A DNA stretch of 63,839 bases. Origin: Bacteroidales bacterium (GTDB lineage Bacteria; Bacteroidota; Bacteroidia; Bacteroidales; PUMT01). Shown here piece after piece: positions 36,170 to 46,255 of this stretch; position 1 is the first letter of the stretch, and every line of letters begins with the position of its first letter. The stretch lies in assembly GCA_007135095.1 (NCBI GenBank), contig SLJO01000077.1:1-63839 (forward strand). The letters run 5' to 3'. A model generated the notes under the pieces. The model was not told where the DNA came from and made no database searches. It worked only from the letters and a program-made list of their open reading frames with translations. The translations under genes and the position numbers were made by a program.

Positions 36170-38284
36170 ATGATAAAAGTATTGTTTTTCCTTTCAGCCG
36201 GATTATTTTTTGCCCTGCAAACAGAAGCAAAGGACCATTTTCTATACCAGGACAGGAAGGAAATGTTTCTAAAAGCCGAGTCACACCATTTATTCGAAGA
36301 ATTTACCGAAGCCCTTGCTATTTATCTTGAACTGCTTTTGGACGAGCCCGGCAATTCTTTTTTGAATTACAGGGCAGGAAACTGCTATCTCAATCTGCCC
36401 GGAAAGGAAAGTGCCGCCGTTGGATACCTGGAAAAAGCAATTCTGGATATGGATGCCCGTAAGCGGCGGCCAACTTATAGTACAAACAAAGCCCCCGTTG
36501 ATGCTCTTTTTCTCCTGGGAAGTGCATATCATATAAACTACCGGTTTAAGGATGCACTTAAGATGTTTTACCGGTTCAGGGAGGTGTTGAACCCCGAGGT
36601 TTATTATATTAATGTGGTAGATGAACATATACAAAACTCCCTGAATGCCATTGTAAGCACAGGGAGTCCGGCATCCTTCATCAGGGAAAATCTGGGTGAA
36701 AGGATAAATACCAGTTTGCCGGAAACCAACCCTGCCGTCTCCGGCAATGAGGAGAGAATCGTATTTACCCGGAAGCTGCCGTTATACCACGGAATCTTCT
36801 TTTCAGAAAAAACGGTTGAAGGAGAATGGTCATGGCCGGAGGAAATAACCGCGCAGCTTGGTTGTGACGGGGATTGCCATCCTGTTTCTTTATCCTGGGA
36901 CGGAAAGGAGCTCTACCTCTACAAATCGGACAACCTGGTGGGGAACTTATATGTGAGCCATTATGAAGAAGGCCGGTGGACACCCATTAAGAAGCTGAAC
37001 GATAACATAAATACAAGGTTTTGGGAATCACATGCCAGCATATCGGTGAACAAAGACACTCTCTACTTTACCAGCAACCGTCCGGGCGGATATGGCGGAC
37101 TCGATATTTATTACTCCGCAAAGTGCGAAAAAGGTGATTGGGGGCCGGCAGTTAACCTTGGACCTGAAATCAATACACCCGGCAATGAAGATGCCCCGTT
37201 TATTATGGAAAATGGCAGGGCACTGTATTTCAGCTCACATGGCCATTACAATATCGGGGGCTATGACATTTTTTACTCGACAAAAAAAGAGGGCCAGTGG
37301 ACAGTCCCCGTGAACCTGGGCTACGGCATCAATCGCCCGGGAGACGATCTTTTCTTTAACCCCGTTAAAAACGGCATCCATGCTTACTTTGCCAGAATTG
37401 ACAATGATGGTTCCGGGGATAAGGATATCTACAGGTACACAATTTTTTCCGAAGCAAATCCGCGGAAATTTCTTTTAAGGGGCGAAATGAAGAGGAAGGA
37501 CGGACTGCAGACAGGCACCGCAGCCAGAATAAGAATAATAGAGTCCGTCAGCGGTGACACTCTTTACACCGCCCGGCCCGATCAGCTGACCCGGGAATAT
37601 GAAATCATGGTTACTCCCGGGGAATGGGAAGTGGTTTTCAGCGAGAAGGACCATGAAAATGTGGTCAGGAAAATCAACCTGCCGCCAGACAGGGAGGAAA
37701 ATGAAAAGATCATCAACGCAAGCCTGGTGAGAACAGAGCCCGTGATACCCGGCATTTATACAGTGATAACCGATTCCATAATTTTGCCTGCAGAAACAAT
37801 CCCCCGAAGAACCCTGGGCATAGAGCAGCACCATTACCATGTTACCAGCAAGGAAAAAATCAGCATCTCGATGAGACTCGGGTTCAACACCGATCTGAAG
37901 GTGGAGCGGTATATTGACAAGGAACCCGCAGGAACTGAAATGCAAAAGATAGAACGAAGGAGACACATATATGATTATGAACCCGTGCCGGGAGATAATT
38001 TACTGAGGTTCATTCATACCGGCATACTGGGCGATGTTGTCACCGAAGATGTCCTGATTGGCTTCCATCCCCCGGATGAAGAAACAGTCCTCAAAAAAGT
38101 ACCCGCCGCAGCGGGTACCGATACTATCCCGGAACCGGAGTATTTTGAAACACCGGTCCCCGAAGATGTGCCGGAAACTCATGCGCCGGGCAGGGTAGTG
38201 CCCATCTGGTGGATACTGATACTGGCCCTGATCCTGCTGGTGGCTTTTTATTATAAGGAACGCGGCAGCAGAAAAAAGAAATAA
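36170..38284 (+). CDS. TPR + PD40 (TolB-like propeller) + beta-sandwich protein with C-terminal TM anchor
   Basis: Signal peptide, TPR-like helices, repeated NLG..INT / LYF.S.R.GG.GG.DIY PD40 motifs, Pro-rich linker, WWILILALILLVAFYY followed by basic tail. Confidence 0.8.
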   Translation: MIKVLFFLSAGLFFALQTEAKDHFLYQDRKEMFLKAESHHLFEEFTEALAIYLELLLDEPGNSFLNYRAGNCYLNLPGKESAAVGYLEKAILDMDARKRRPTYSTNKAPVDALFLLGSAYHINYRFKDALKMFYRFREVLNPEVYYINVVDEHIQNSLNAIVSTGSPASFIRENLGERINTSLPETNPAVSGNEERIVFTRKLPLYHGIFFSEKTVEGEWSWPEEITAQLGCDGDCHPVSLSWDGKELYLYKSDNLVGNLYVSHYEEGRWTPIKKLNDNINTRFWESHASISVNKDTLYFTSNRPGGYGGLDIYYSAKCEKGDWGPAVNLGPEINTPGNEDAPFIMENGRALYFSSHGHYNIGGYDIFYSTKKEGQWTVPVNLGYGINRPGDDLFFNPVKNGIHAYFARIDNDGSGDKDIYRYTIFSEANPRKFLLRGEMKRKDGLQTGTAARIRIIESVSGDTLYTARPDQLTREYEIMVTPGEWEVVFSEKDHENVVRKINLPPDREENEKIINASLVRTEPVIPGIYTVITDSIILPAETIPRRTLGIEQHHYHVTSKEKISISMRLGFNTDLKVERYIDKEPAGTEMQKIERRRHIYDYEPVPGDNLLRFIHTGILGDVVTEDVLIGFHPPDEETVLKKVPAAAGTDTIPEPEYFETPVPEDVPETHAPGRVVPIWWILILALILLVAFYYKERGSRKKK

Positions 38285-38308
38285 AACACTTAAAAAAAAC
38301 AGACTGCA

Positions 38309-38848
38309 TTGAGTATCTTAACAGGAGAGAGAATTAGTTTGAGGGCGCTTGAGCCTGGTGATGTCGACCTGCTATACAGCTGGGAAAACAATTCAAATAT
38401 ATGGTCGGTAAGCAATACACTGGCACCGTTTTCCAGGTTCGTGCTGGAAAAGTACATTGCCGAATCACACATGGACATCTTTCAGACCAAGCAGCTGCGG
38501 CTGATGATCGATATTTCAGAAAAAGGGGATACCGATACCATAGGTGCGATCGATCTCTTTGATTTTGATCCCATGCATGAAAGGGCCGGTATCGGAATAC
38601 TGATAAGCGAAAAAAGGTACATGAACAGGGGGTATGCTTCAGAAGCACTGGAATTGCTTATCGATTATTCCTTCACCATACTGCAGCTTCACCAGTTGTT
38701 CTGCCACATAGATTGTGACAATAAAGTCAGCATCAAACTTTTCGAAAAATTCAGGTTCAGGGTCACCGGTGAGAAAAAGGACTGGAACAAAAGCCCTGAA
38801 GGCTGGAAAAGCGTTTATATGCTTCAACTGATCAATCCGCGCCACTGA
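38309..38848 (+). CDS. GNAT acetyltransferase (RimJ/RimL/SpeG-like)
   Basis: LRALEP.D, G.IDLFDFD, RAGIGI, RGYASEAL, N..SI.LFEK. Confidence 0.88.
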   Translation: MSILTGERISLRALEPGDVDLLYSWENNSNIWSVSNTLAPFSRFVLEKYIAESHMDIFQTKQLRLMIDISEKGDTDTIGAIDLFDFDPMHERAGIGILISEKRYMNRGYASEALELLIDYSFTILQLHQLFCHIDCDNKVSIKLFEKFRFRVTGEKKDWNKSPEGWKSVYMLQLINPRH

Positions 38849-38990
38849 CGCGGGGGCAGGTATTTGATGGTGATTTCCCGGCACACTGGAAAAGTGACGC
38901 GGGGGCAGGATTTTGACCGGTGATTTTCCCGGCAGGCTGGAAAAGTGACGCGAAGGCAGATTTTGACCGGTGATTTTCCCGGCAGGCTGG
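38846..38990 (+). repeat. Three degenerate ~50-bp tandem repeats between convergent genes
   Basis: Units begin TGACGCG at 38846, 38895 and 38946; shared core ggcag..tttga(cc)ggtgattt(t)cccggca..ctgg. Confidence 0.9.
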
Positions 38991-38992
38991 TA

Positions 38993-39451
38993 TCAGAAAG
39001 CTCCGGTCAAATAATCCGGTATCTCCGGCAAAAAGCTCCAGGTCCGTTCCTGGTGATCAAGTTTTGCACAGTAATGAACCAGTCCGTTGCTGACAATCAG
39101 ATATTCCACCTTCATATCCATATTGTAGAGCGCTGCCTGGTCAAATACCTTCTGTGTGATCTTCACGTCCGGGGCCTTGCATTCTACAATGACCAGTGGG
39201 GCGCCATGCCTGGAGAACAGGACAATGTCGGCCCTTTTATCCATCTGGTTTATCTTTAAAGACATTTCCACAGCAATCAGGGAGGCGGGAAAATTTTTTT
39301 CCCGTACCAGGTATGCAGTAAGGTTCTGCCGCACCCATTCCTCGGGTGTCAAAAAAACATACCGCTTTCGAATATTGTCGAAAATGTACTTTCTTTGTCC
39401 TTTGGATTTTATCTGAAAGGAATAATCAGGTAAATTGAGCTGCTGAAACAT
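38993..39451 (-). CDS. Stand-alone HsdR N-terminal-like (HSDR_N_2) PD-(D/E)xK nuclease-fold protein
   Basis: LTPEEWVRQ, RADIV, IVECKAP, Q...YN, SNG. Confidence 0.88.
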   Translation of the reverse strand: MFQQLNLPDYSFQIKSKGQRKYIFDNIRKRYVFLTPEEWVRQNLTAYLVREKNFPASLIAVEMSLKINQMDKRADIVLFSRHGAPLVIVECKAPDVKITQKVFDQAALYNMDMKVEYLIVSNGLVHYCAKLDHQERTWSFLPEIPDYLTGAF

Positions 39452-39522
39452 TGTCTGACAATTATGCTGTTACTTTACCATCCAGGCTGCTGCATCGTGA
39501 TACAATGCAAATATATTAAGAT

Positions 39523-40293
39523 ATGAAGACAAAACAGGAGATAGTTCATAACTGGTTGCCCAGGTACACGGGTAATCCCATTGAAAATTTCACCAAACAT
39601 ATATTGCTCACGAACTTCAGCAATTACCTGGAAATATTTTCCGAAATGCATGGCAGCCCCATTATCGGGAAGGACAATCCCATGCCCTGCGTGATTGCCA
39701 ATGGCATTACCCTCATTAATATCGGAATGGGGAGCGCCAATGCAGCAACCATAATGGACCTGCTTAGCGCAGTAAACCCAAAGGCGGTATTGTTTCTTGG
39801 GAAGTGCGGGGGACTGAAGCCTAAAAACAAGCTTGGTGATTTGATCCTGCCAATTGCTGCCATTCGCAGCGAGGGCACATCGAACGACTACCTTCCGCCG
39901 GAAGTGCCGGCCCTGCCTGCCTTCAACCTTCAAAGGGCAGTCTCATCGGCCATTGTTAAAGCCGAGCGGGATTATTATACGGGTACTGTCTTTACAACCA
40001 ACAAAAGAGTATGGGAGTATGATGACCGTTTTAAAAGATACCTGCAGAAAACCAGGGCAATGGCAATAGACATGGAAACGGCAACCATATTCATAGTGGG
40101 TTTCGCAAACGGCATCCCTTCCGGGGCGCTCCTGCTGGTGTCCGACCAGCCAATGATCTCAACGGGAATAAAAACATCGGAAAGCGACCAGAGGGTTACC
40201 GAGTTGTTTGTAAGAGACCATCTAACAATTGGCATTAACGCATTGCGTGAAATCATAAACCATTCATCATCGGTGAAGCACCTTAAATTTTAA
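39523..40293 (+). CDS. amn: AMP nucleosidase (short Bacteroidota type)
   Basis: NWLPRYTG, ILLTNF, GMGSANAATIMDLL, LGKCGG, DMETAT, LLVSDQP. Confidence 0.92.
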   Translation: MKTKQEIVHNWLPRYTGNPIENFTKHILLTNFSNYLEIFSEMHGSPIIGKDNPMPCVIANGITLINIGMGSANAATIMDLLSAVNPKAVLFLGKCGGLKPKNKLGDLILPIAAIRSEGTSNDYLPPEVPALPAFNLQRAVSSAIVKAERDYYTGTVFTTNKRVWEYDDRFKRYLQKTRAMAIDMETATIFIVGFANGIPSGALLLVSDQPMISTGIKTSESDQRVTELFVRDHLTIGINALREIINHSSSVKHLKF

Positions 40294-40298
40294 GCTCC

Positions 40299-41303
40299 AT
40301 GACCGCCAGTGAAATCATCAGCGAACTTAAAAATAAAAAATACCGGCCAGTATATCTGCTCACCGGTGAAGAACCCTATTACATTGACCAGGTTACAGAG
40401 TATATAATAAGTAATGTTTTAACCCCGGAAGAAAAAGCCTTTAACCAGACTGTTTTTTACGGAAAAGATACTGATTCGGTAACGGTTATCACCGCTGCGC
40501 GCAGATTCCCCATGATGGCGGAAAACCAGCTGATCGTGGTCAGGGAAGCTCAGCAAATGAAAGACATTGACACGCTTGCCGTATATGCTGAACACCCCCT
40601 GAAATCGACTATCCTTGTAATTAATTTCAAATACAGCACCTACGACAAGAGAAAGAAACTATTTAAGGTGGTACAGAAATCCGGCGGTGCAATACTTGAA
40701 TCATCAAGGCTGTATGAAAACAAAATACCCGACTGGATCACATCATGGCTGAAAAGCAGAAATTCCAGCATAGAGCCATCTGCAGCCATGATGCTTGTGG
40801 AATATCTCGGAACTGATCTGGGCAAAATAGCCAATGAACTGGAAAAGCTGATACTTTCGCTCCCGGAAAACGACAGGAGAATAACTCCGCTTATCATCGA
40901 GCGGAACATAGGCATAAGCAAAGACTATAACAACTTTGAGCTGCAAAAGGCACTGGGGCAAAAAAATATTCTCAAGGCGAACCGTATAATAAACTATTTC
41001 GAAAAAAATCCGAAACAAAACCCCTTTTCCCTTACCATAGTATCACTCTTTTCTTACTTCAGCAAAATATTCACACTGCATTTGATCAAAGATAAATCCG
41101 GAAAAAACCTGGCCTCAGCACTGAAGATAAACCCATATTTTGTCTCTGAATACCAGTTGGCTGCAAAAAAGTATGATGCACGCAGGACAGCCATAATTAT
41201 TTCCTGGCTAAGGGAATACGATATGCGCTCGAAGGGGTTCGGCAATTCATCCGCAAGCGACGGCGACCTTCTAAAGGAACTGGTATATAAAATTTTGCAT
41301 TAA
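40299..41303 (+). CDS. holA: DNA polymerase III delta subunit
   Basis: PVYLLTGEEPYYID, FN..VFYG, A.RFPMM, NELEKL, IGISKDYNNFEL. Confidence 0.93.
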   Translation: MTASEIISELKNKKYRPVYLLTGEEPYYIDQVTEYIISNVLTPEEKAFNQTVFYGKDTDSVTVITAARRFPMMAENQLIVVREAQQMKDIDTLAVYAEHPLKSTILVINFKYSTYDKRKKLFKVVQKSGGAILESSRLYENKIPDWITSWLKSRNSSIEPSAAMMLVEYLGTDLGKIANELEKLILSLPENDRRITPLIIERNIGISKDYNNFELQKALGQKNILKANRIINYFEKNPKQNPFSLTIVSLFSYFSKIFTLHLIKDKSGKNLASALKINPYFVSEYQLAAKKYDARRTAIIISWLREYDMRSKGFGNSSASDGDLLKELVYKILH

Positions 41304-41442
41304 CCCTCATCTGTTTACACGGCGCAGGTCCGAAATCCCTTTTATGCCAGTCCGCAACATGATCGCTTGTGCACCCTTGCGAATTAATATTTCCAAGGAT
41401 TCCGGCTGCGGTTTTGTATATTTACAGAAAATTTTTTAAAAC

Positions 41443-42060
41443 ATGACAATATATATAGTAATTATCACTGCAATAGTTTCCGTCCTTGCGTTTTCAAGAC
41501 CCGATCTGATGACCAGGCTCCAGTTCAACCCCTACCAGGTGTACCACCGGAAGCAGTATTACAGGCTGCTTACCCACGGCCTGTTGCACGCCGACTGGGT
41601 CCATCTTTTTATTAACATGCTGGTGCTTTTCTCTTTCGGGACGGCAGTTGAATATTATTTTCAACAGCTTGCAGCACACGGGCTGCTGATGTTTCCCCGC
41701 CTCACCTACATTATTCTGTATGTCGGGGCAGTAGTGGTATCATCGCTTACCACCTTAAAAAAACATAAGGATCATCACTGGTATAATTCAGTCGGGGCAT
41801 CAGGGGGGGTATCGGCCGTGATCTTCACCAGCATTTTCTTTGCGCCATGGCAGAACCTGTTGTTATACGCCATTATACCAATTCCCGGGGTGATATTCGG
41901 AATTCTTTACCTTGCTTATTCACATTACGCGAGTAAAAAATCATCAGACAACATCAACCATGATGCCCACTTTATCGGGGCAGTTTTCGGACTGGTTTTT
42001 CCTGTTCTTATTGATTTCAATCTGCTCGGATCATTTTTTGAGCAGCTTTTCCGCTTTTAG
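41443..42060 (+). CDS. Rhomboid intramembrane serine protease
   Basis: YRLLT.G.LH, H...NM, GASG (Ser), AH..GA (His). Confidence 0.92.
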   Translation: MTIYIVIITAIVSVLAFSRPDLMTRLQFNPYQVYHRKQYYRLLTHGLLHADWVHLFINMLVLFSFGTAVEYYFQQLAAHGLLMFPRLTYIILYVGAVVVSSLTTLKKHKDHHWYNSVGASGGVSAVIFTSIFFAPWQNLLLYAIIPIPGVIFGILYLAYSHYASKKSSDNINHDAHFIGAVFGLVFPVLIDFNLLGSFFEQLFRF

Positions 42061-42095
42061 AATTTCTTCCGGCCAGGCAAGCACATGAGCAAATA

Positions 42096-42605
42096 ATGAA
42101 AGAAGGCGCTAAAAAAAACAAGGCAGTTTTTCTCGACCGCGACGGAGTTATTAACCGGGAGACAGGAAATTACGTTTTTAAGCCTGAGGATTTTGATCTT
42201 AATGAGGGTGTATTTGATGCCCTTGCCATGCTGCGCGACAGGGGGTTCATGCTTATAGTCATTTCAAACCAGGGCGGCATCGCCCGTGGCCTGTACACCC
42301 ATTCCCATGTACGCAAAATCCATGACATCCTTAACAAAAAGTTGTCCGTTCAAAGCATTAGCCTTACTGAAATTTACTATTGCCCGCATTACCCCGCAAC
42401 AGGCAGGTGTCTTTGCCGCAAGCCGGGAAGCATTCTTCTTGAAAAAGCAATCGCCAGGTTTAATATTGATCCTGCCATGTCATGGATGATAGGCGACAAG
42501 GAAACCGATATTGAGGCTGCCCGCCGGTCAGGGGTAAAGGGCATACTTGTTAAGCCAAACGATTCATTGATGGACTACATGAATATTATAATTCCCCGGC
42601 AGTGA
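42096..42605 (+). CDS. HAD-IIIA phosphatase (GmhB/HisB-N-like)
   Basis: FLDRDGVIN, SNQ.G, CPH...C.CRKP, MIGD..TD. Confidence 0.88.
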   Translation: MKEGAKKNKAVFLDRDGVINRETGNYVFKPEDFDLNEGVFDALAMLRDRGFMLIVISNQGGIARGLYTHSHVRKIHDILNKKLSVQSISLTEIYYCPHYPATGRCLCRKPGSILLEKAIARFNIDPAMSWMIGDKETDIEAARRSGVKGILVKPNDSLMDYMNIIIPRQ

Positions 42606-43462
42606 AGCACAAACAATTCATATGCCTTAACGGTGAAATGCTCGCCGCCGGCGAACCGTCTATCCTGCACACTAACCGTGCATTTTGTTATGGAGATGCA
42701 ATTTTCGAAACCATCCATGCCAACGGAACAAAACTTCAGTTTTTTGAAAGCCATTATCAACGCCTTGAAAAAAGCATGAAATACCTGAGGATGGAAAAAA
42801 ACAGTTCCCTGGAACCTGCCAGGCTTGAATCGGCAATCATAAGGCTTCTTAACAAAAACCATTTTTACAATGGCGTGCGGATAAGGCTGACCGTTTTCCG
42901 CGATCAGGGCGGACTGTATACCCCTGCCACAAATTCCTGCTCATTTCTTGTCGATACCACTCCCCTTGACTTTGACCAGTACCGGATAAATGAAAAGGGC
43001 CTGAAAACAGTCCTCTTCACTTCACTGCAAAAGCCGGCAGGCAGACTGTCAAACCTGAAAACAGCAAACTCACTGCTTTACATAATGGCAGGGCTGTATA
43101 AAAAAGAGACAGGAATGGATGACTGTTTCATCCTCAACACAGATAAAAGACTCTCAGAATGCATCAGTTCCAATATTTTCCTGATGCTTAACGGCGCCCT
43201 GCTGACCCCTGCATTAAGTGAAGGCTGTGTTGATGGAATAATGCGGCGCCAGGTTCTGCGTATTGCTGAAAAAGAGGGAATAAAATGCAGGGAGACTAAA
43301 CTCGGTGAACAGGAACTGCTGTCGGCCGATGAATGTTTTCTTACCAATTCCATAACGGGAATCCGCTGGGTAGTGGCATACGGGCAAAAGCGATATTACA
43401 GCAAAACAGCAAGACAGCTGATCTCGCTGCTTAATCAGGAACAGTTTGGAGAAAAATTGTAA
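42602..43462 (+). CDS. Class IV aminotransferase (PabC/4-amino-4-deoxychorismate lyase-like)
   Basis: NR.F.YGDA.FET, LKT (PLP lysine), E...SNIF, GCVDGIMR, FLTNS. Confidence 0.85.
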   Translation: MKHKQFICLNGEMLAAGEPSILHTNRAFCYGDAIFETIHANGTKLQFFESHYQRLEKSMKYLRMEKNSSLEPARLESAIIRLLNKNHFYNGVRIRLTVFRDQGGLYTPATNSCSFLVDTTPLDFDQYRINEKGLKTVLFTSLQKPAGRLSNLKTANSLLYIMAGLYKKETGMDDCFILNTDKRLSECISSNIFLMLNGALLTPALSEGCVDGIMRRQVLRIAEKEGIKCRETKLGEQELLSADECFLTNSITGIRWVVAYGQKRYYSKTARQLISLLNQEQFGEKL

Positions 43463-43474
43463 CCATCGGCAGCA

Positions 43475-44065
43475 TCAGTTCATCCCGGGGTTTTCAGGAA
43501 AATTGGTCCATAGCTTGAACTTGCCTCCAAGTGCATTCAGAACCTCCTGCCATGACTCCCTGTTCCTTGTATCAAAAATCTTCCCGCTGTCAAGTTCGCT
43601 GACAACCCAGGAATCTTCCGATATCTCCCTTTCAAGCTGAGTTGGCTGCCATCCGGAGTATCCGACAAAGAATCTTATATTGGAGCTGTTCAGCGAGCCC
43701 TCTTTCAGAAGTTGTTTAACCACTTCAAAATCGCCTCCCCACCAGATATCCTTGAGTACCTCCACGCTGTTGGGTATCATCGCCCCGAGACGGTGCAGAT
43801 AATGGATAGCATCAGTACCTACCGGGCCGCCGACAGAGATTGTGGTATCAATTGAAGGGAAATCCGAAAGTATTTCACTGATGTCTACTTCAACGGGTTT
43901 ATTCAGCACAAAGCCAACCGAGCCATTTTCGTTGTGCTCCGTAATAAAGACAACCGACCGTTTAAAATAGGCATCATTCAGAAAAGGGTCTGATATGAGT
44001 ATCCTGCCCTGTTTAGGTTTTATGTTATTGTGATCAATCCTGAATATGTCGAATATAAGGTCCAC
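43475..44065 (-). CDS. YqgE/AlgH family protein
   Basis: F.RSVV, G..G.VLNKP, GGPV, RFFVGYSGW...QL..E, P.NP..N. Confidence 0.92.
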   Translation of the reverse strand: MDLIFDIFRIDHNNIKPKQGRILISDPFLNDAYFKRSVVFITEHNENGSVGFVLNKPVEVDISEILSDFPSIDTTISVGGPVGTDAIHYLHRLGAMIPNSVEVLKDIWWGGDFEVVKQLLKEGSLNSSNIRFFVGYSGWQPTQLEREISEDSWVVSELDSGKIFDTRNRESWQEVLNALGGKFKLWTNFPENPGMN

Positions 44066-44195
44066 TGGTAATAGTTTTAGGTAATGTAACTAAATTTTCA
44101 GCATTTTACAAATCCAGCGTTTGCGAATAAGTAAATATCAAAACATATACCATCATCACCAGCCGGGGAGCATAAGGGATATTATTTAAGAATTT

Positions 44196-45026
44196 TTAAT
44201 CTTTGTCCCCCGAATACAGCATTGCCGCTTTGGAAGCGGAAAGGGCAATACCTTTTATCATGGCCGAACTGAATCCCTCGTATTCCATAAGATTAAGTCC
44301 GGCAATAGTGCAGCCTTTGGGAGTGGTTACCTTGTCAATTTCCTGCTCGGGGTGGCTCCCGGCTGCCAGAAGAAGTGAAGCGGCCCCTTTGGCTGCCTGG
44401 GTTGCGATATTCAATGCATGATCTGAATGCAGGCCGATTTCGATACCCCCCTGTGATGCCGCCCTTATGGCACGGAGGAAAAAGGCTACACCACAGGCTC
44501 CTATGGCAGTGGCAGCAATCATCTCCTCCTCGTTGATGGCAAGGGTTTTCCCTACCATCCCAAAAAGATCGGTGGCCATTTCCATTGATTCCCCGCCGAT
44601 TCCGTTGGCTGCCAGGCAGGTCATGGACTCACCGACAGATATGGCAATATTGGGCATTGCCCTCACCACCGACACTCCCTTACCTATAATCTGTTCAATC
44701 TCCCTTATCCTGACTCCTGTCACAACCGATATGATGGTATGGCTGCCTGCCCGCAGTGCGGGTTTGATTTCTCTCAGCAACCCGTCTAACTGCTGAGGCT
44801 CCACGGCAATTATAATGACCTCGGTGGCATCAACAGCCCTGACATTGTCTTTTACTATCATTACACCTGTATCCTCCATTTTAGACAACAGGTTTATACG
44901 CCTGCGGGTAAGCCATATATTGCCGGCAGTAAACCGCTGGGACCTTAGAAGCCCCTTGGCTATGGAAAGTCCGATATTGCCTGCACCCAGGATGGCTATG
45001 CGGCTGTCTTTATTTAATTTGCTCAT
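44196..45026 (-). CDS. proC: Pyrroline-5-carboxylate reductase
   Basis: GAGNIG, AVEP, RAMPN, VTTPKGCTI.GL. Start reassigned to MSKLNK. Confidence 0.93.
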   Translation of the reverse strand: MSKLNKDSRIAILGAGNIGLSIAKGLLRSQRFTAGNIWLTRRRINLLSKMEDTGVMIVKDNVRAVDATEVIIIAVEPQQLDGLLREIKPALRAGSHTIISVVTGVRIREIEQIIGKGVSVVRAMPNIAISVGESMTCLAANGIGGESMEMATDLFGMVGKTLAINEEEMIAATAIGACGVAFFLRAIRAASQGGIEIGLHSDHALNIATQAAKGAASLLLAAGSHPEQEIDKVTTPKGCTIAGLNLMEYEGFSSAMIKGIALSASKAAMLYSGDKD

Positions 45027-45263
45027 AGAAAAAGTATTAAGGTGCCTTTTTGTAAATGCTGCAAAAACAGGCTGCACATATCGGTCACGCCACAAATTAT
45101 CATGTGGTATGCTCCCTCATGCCCTGTAAAATTATGCAAAATTACCGATAAATCCAGCAGCACCCATGAATCGCCGGGGATGGCGGACCGGGGAGATAAT
45201 GTTGTGCGGTAGTACGGCCGTAATTTATTTCTCCGCGGGCAGGGAGAGGCGATCCTTCCGGTT

Positions 45264-45842
45264 TTACTTTACAGTCCTGGAAATTGCACCGGTGAATCTC
45301 CCTGCCAGCAGCCTTATGTATTTCAGAAAGCCCCTGCCAAAACCTGTTTCCAGGGAATACGAAAAATTATCCTGGCCGGGCCGAAGGCCGCCTGCAACCT
45401 TCAGTCTGTCCGTTCCGGCCCTTTCCTGGCAGATGGCAGACAATTTCAGCAGGCGGCGCATTCGTTCCTGTCCGATGCGTTTCCTGAAATGAGGCAGGTC
45501 ACTGGGAGAGCAGGGCGCTTTACCGGTCATCACACTGCCCCCGCACAGGTACTGAAAATATGGATCGCGCGTCCATTCGGTGACTATACCCTCATCACTG
45601 CCGTTAAATAATTGTTTCAGCATCAGCAATCCGGCCATCAGCCTGACAGGTTTGGCCGGTGCTCCTTTTTTTGAATAAAGTTTCGAATATTCGGTTTCGG
45701 GAATGCTCCATGGAAAGATTTCCGCAAATACAACAAGGGGGTGTTCCCTGTTAACAACCTGCCTGAGGTGTGGCTCAAACAAATTCAGATCAGACTGGCA
45801 GGGCGGCTTTCCCTTCATGGCCGAAGAATGGTTTTCCCACAA
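45264..45842 (-). pseudogene. Truncated IS5-family transposase (N-terminal region only, no DDE core); likely start 45818
   Basis: HPL...I.W, G.PAKPVRLM.GLL.LK, SDE..V..W...PYFQY.CG, PC.PSDL.HFRKRIG; similarity is lost just before the first catalytic Asp; no terminal repeats found. Confidence 0.78.
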
Positions 45843-46255
45843 TATACAATATTTTCAGCCAGGGGCAAAGAAATCCAGGCAGGAGATATTAACAATATGG
45901 TACATGATTTCAACAAATTAGGTCCGGCTGACATCCAGCAGTTCCTTTTGCCTGTCATCGGCGCTCAGCAAAGATATGCTCACCGCCATAAAATGCCTGC
46001 CATCCGGTACATCAATGCGCACCGGCACTAAATGATTTGTCGCGGAATTGCCGGTGACTTGTGGTAAATATTCCCCATAATGCTTTCTGCAACCATAATT
46101 TTTTCTCATGGCAACTTTTTGTACAAACTTTGAAGCTTTTGGAAATCAGCCATCCCGGTTGCTAATTCTGCTTTCTCCCTACTGATTTTAAATCCGGGTG
46201 GTATATATTTTGTTTTACCTAGACAGGTAACACTTCATGATCTTATCCTTATATT

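Noticed and set aside
38846-38990. Possible CRISPR array
   Set aside because: The units are contiguous and degenerate with no unique spacers.
38993-39451. Type I restriction-modification system
   Set aside because: Only the small N-terminal nuclease-like domain is present; no hsdM, hsdS or helicase motor in the window.
45918-46109. 63-aa ORF upstream of the transposase relic
   Set aside because: No recognisable motif or composition signal; cannot be supported as a gene.
45100-46200. Intact IS element
   Set aside because: No DDE domain, terminal inverted repeats or target-site duplication found.
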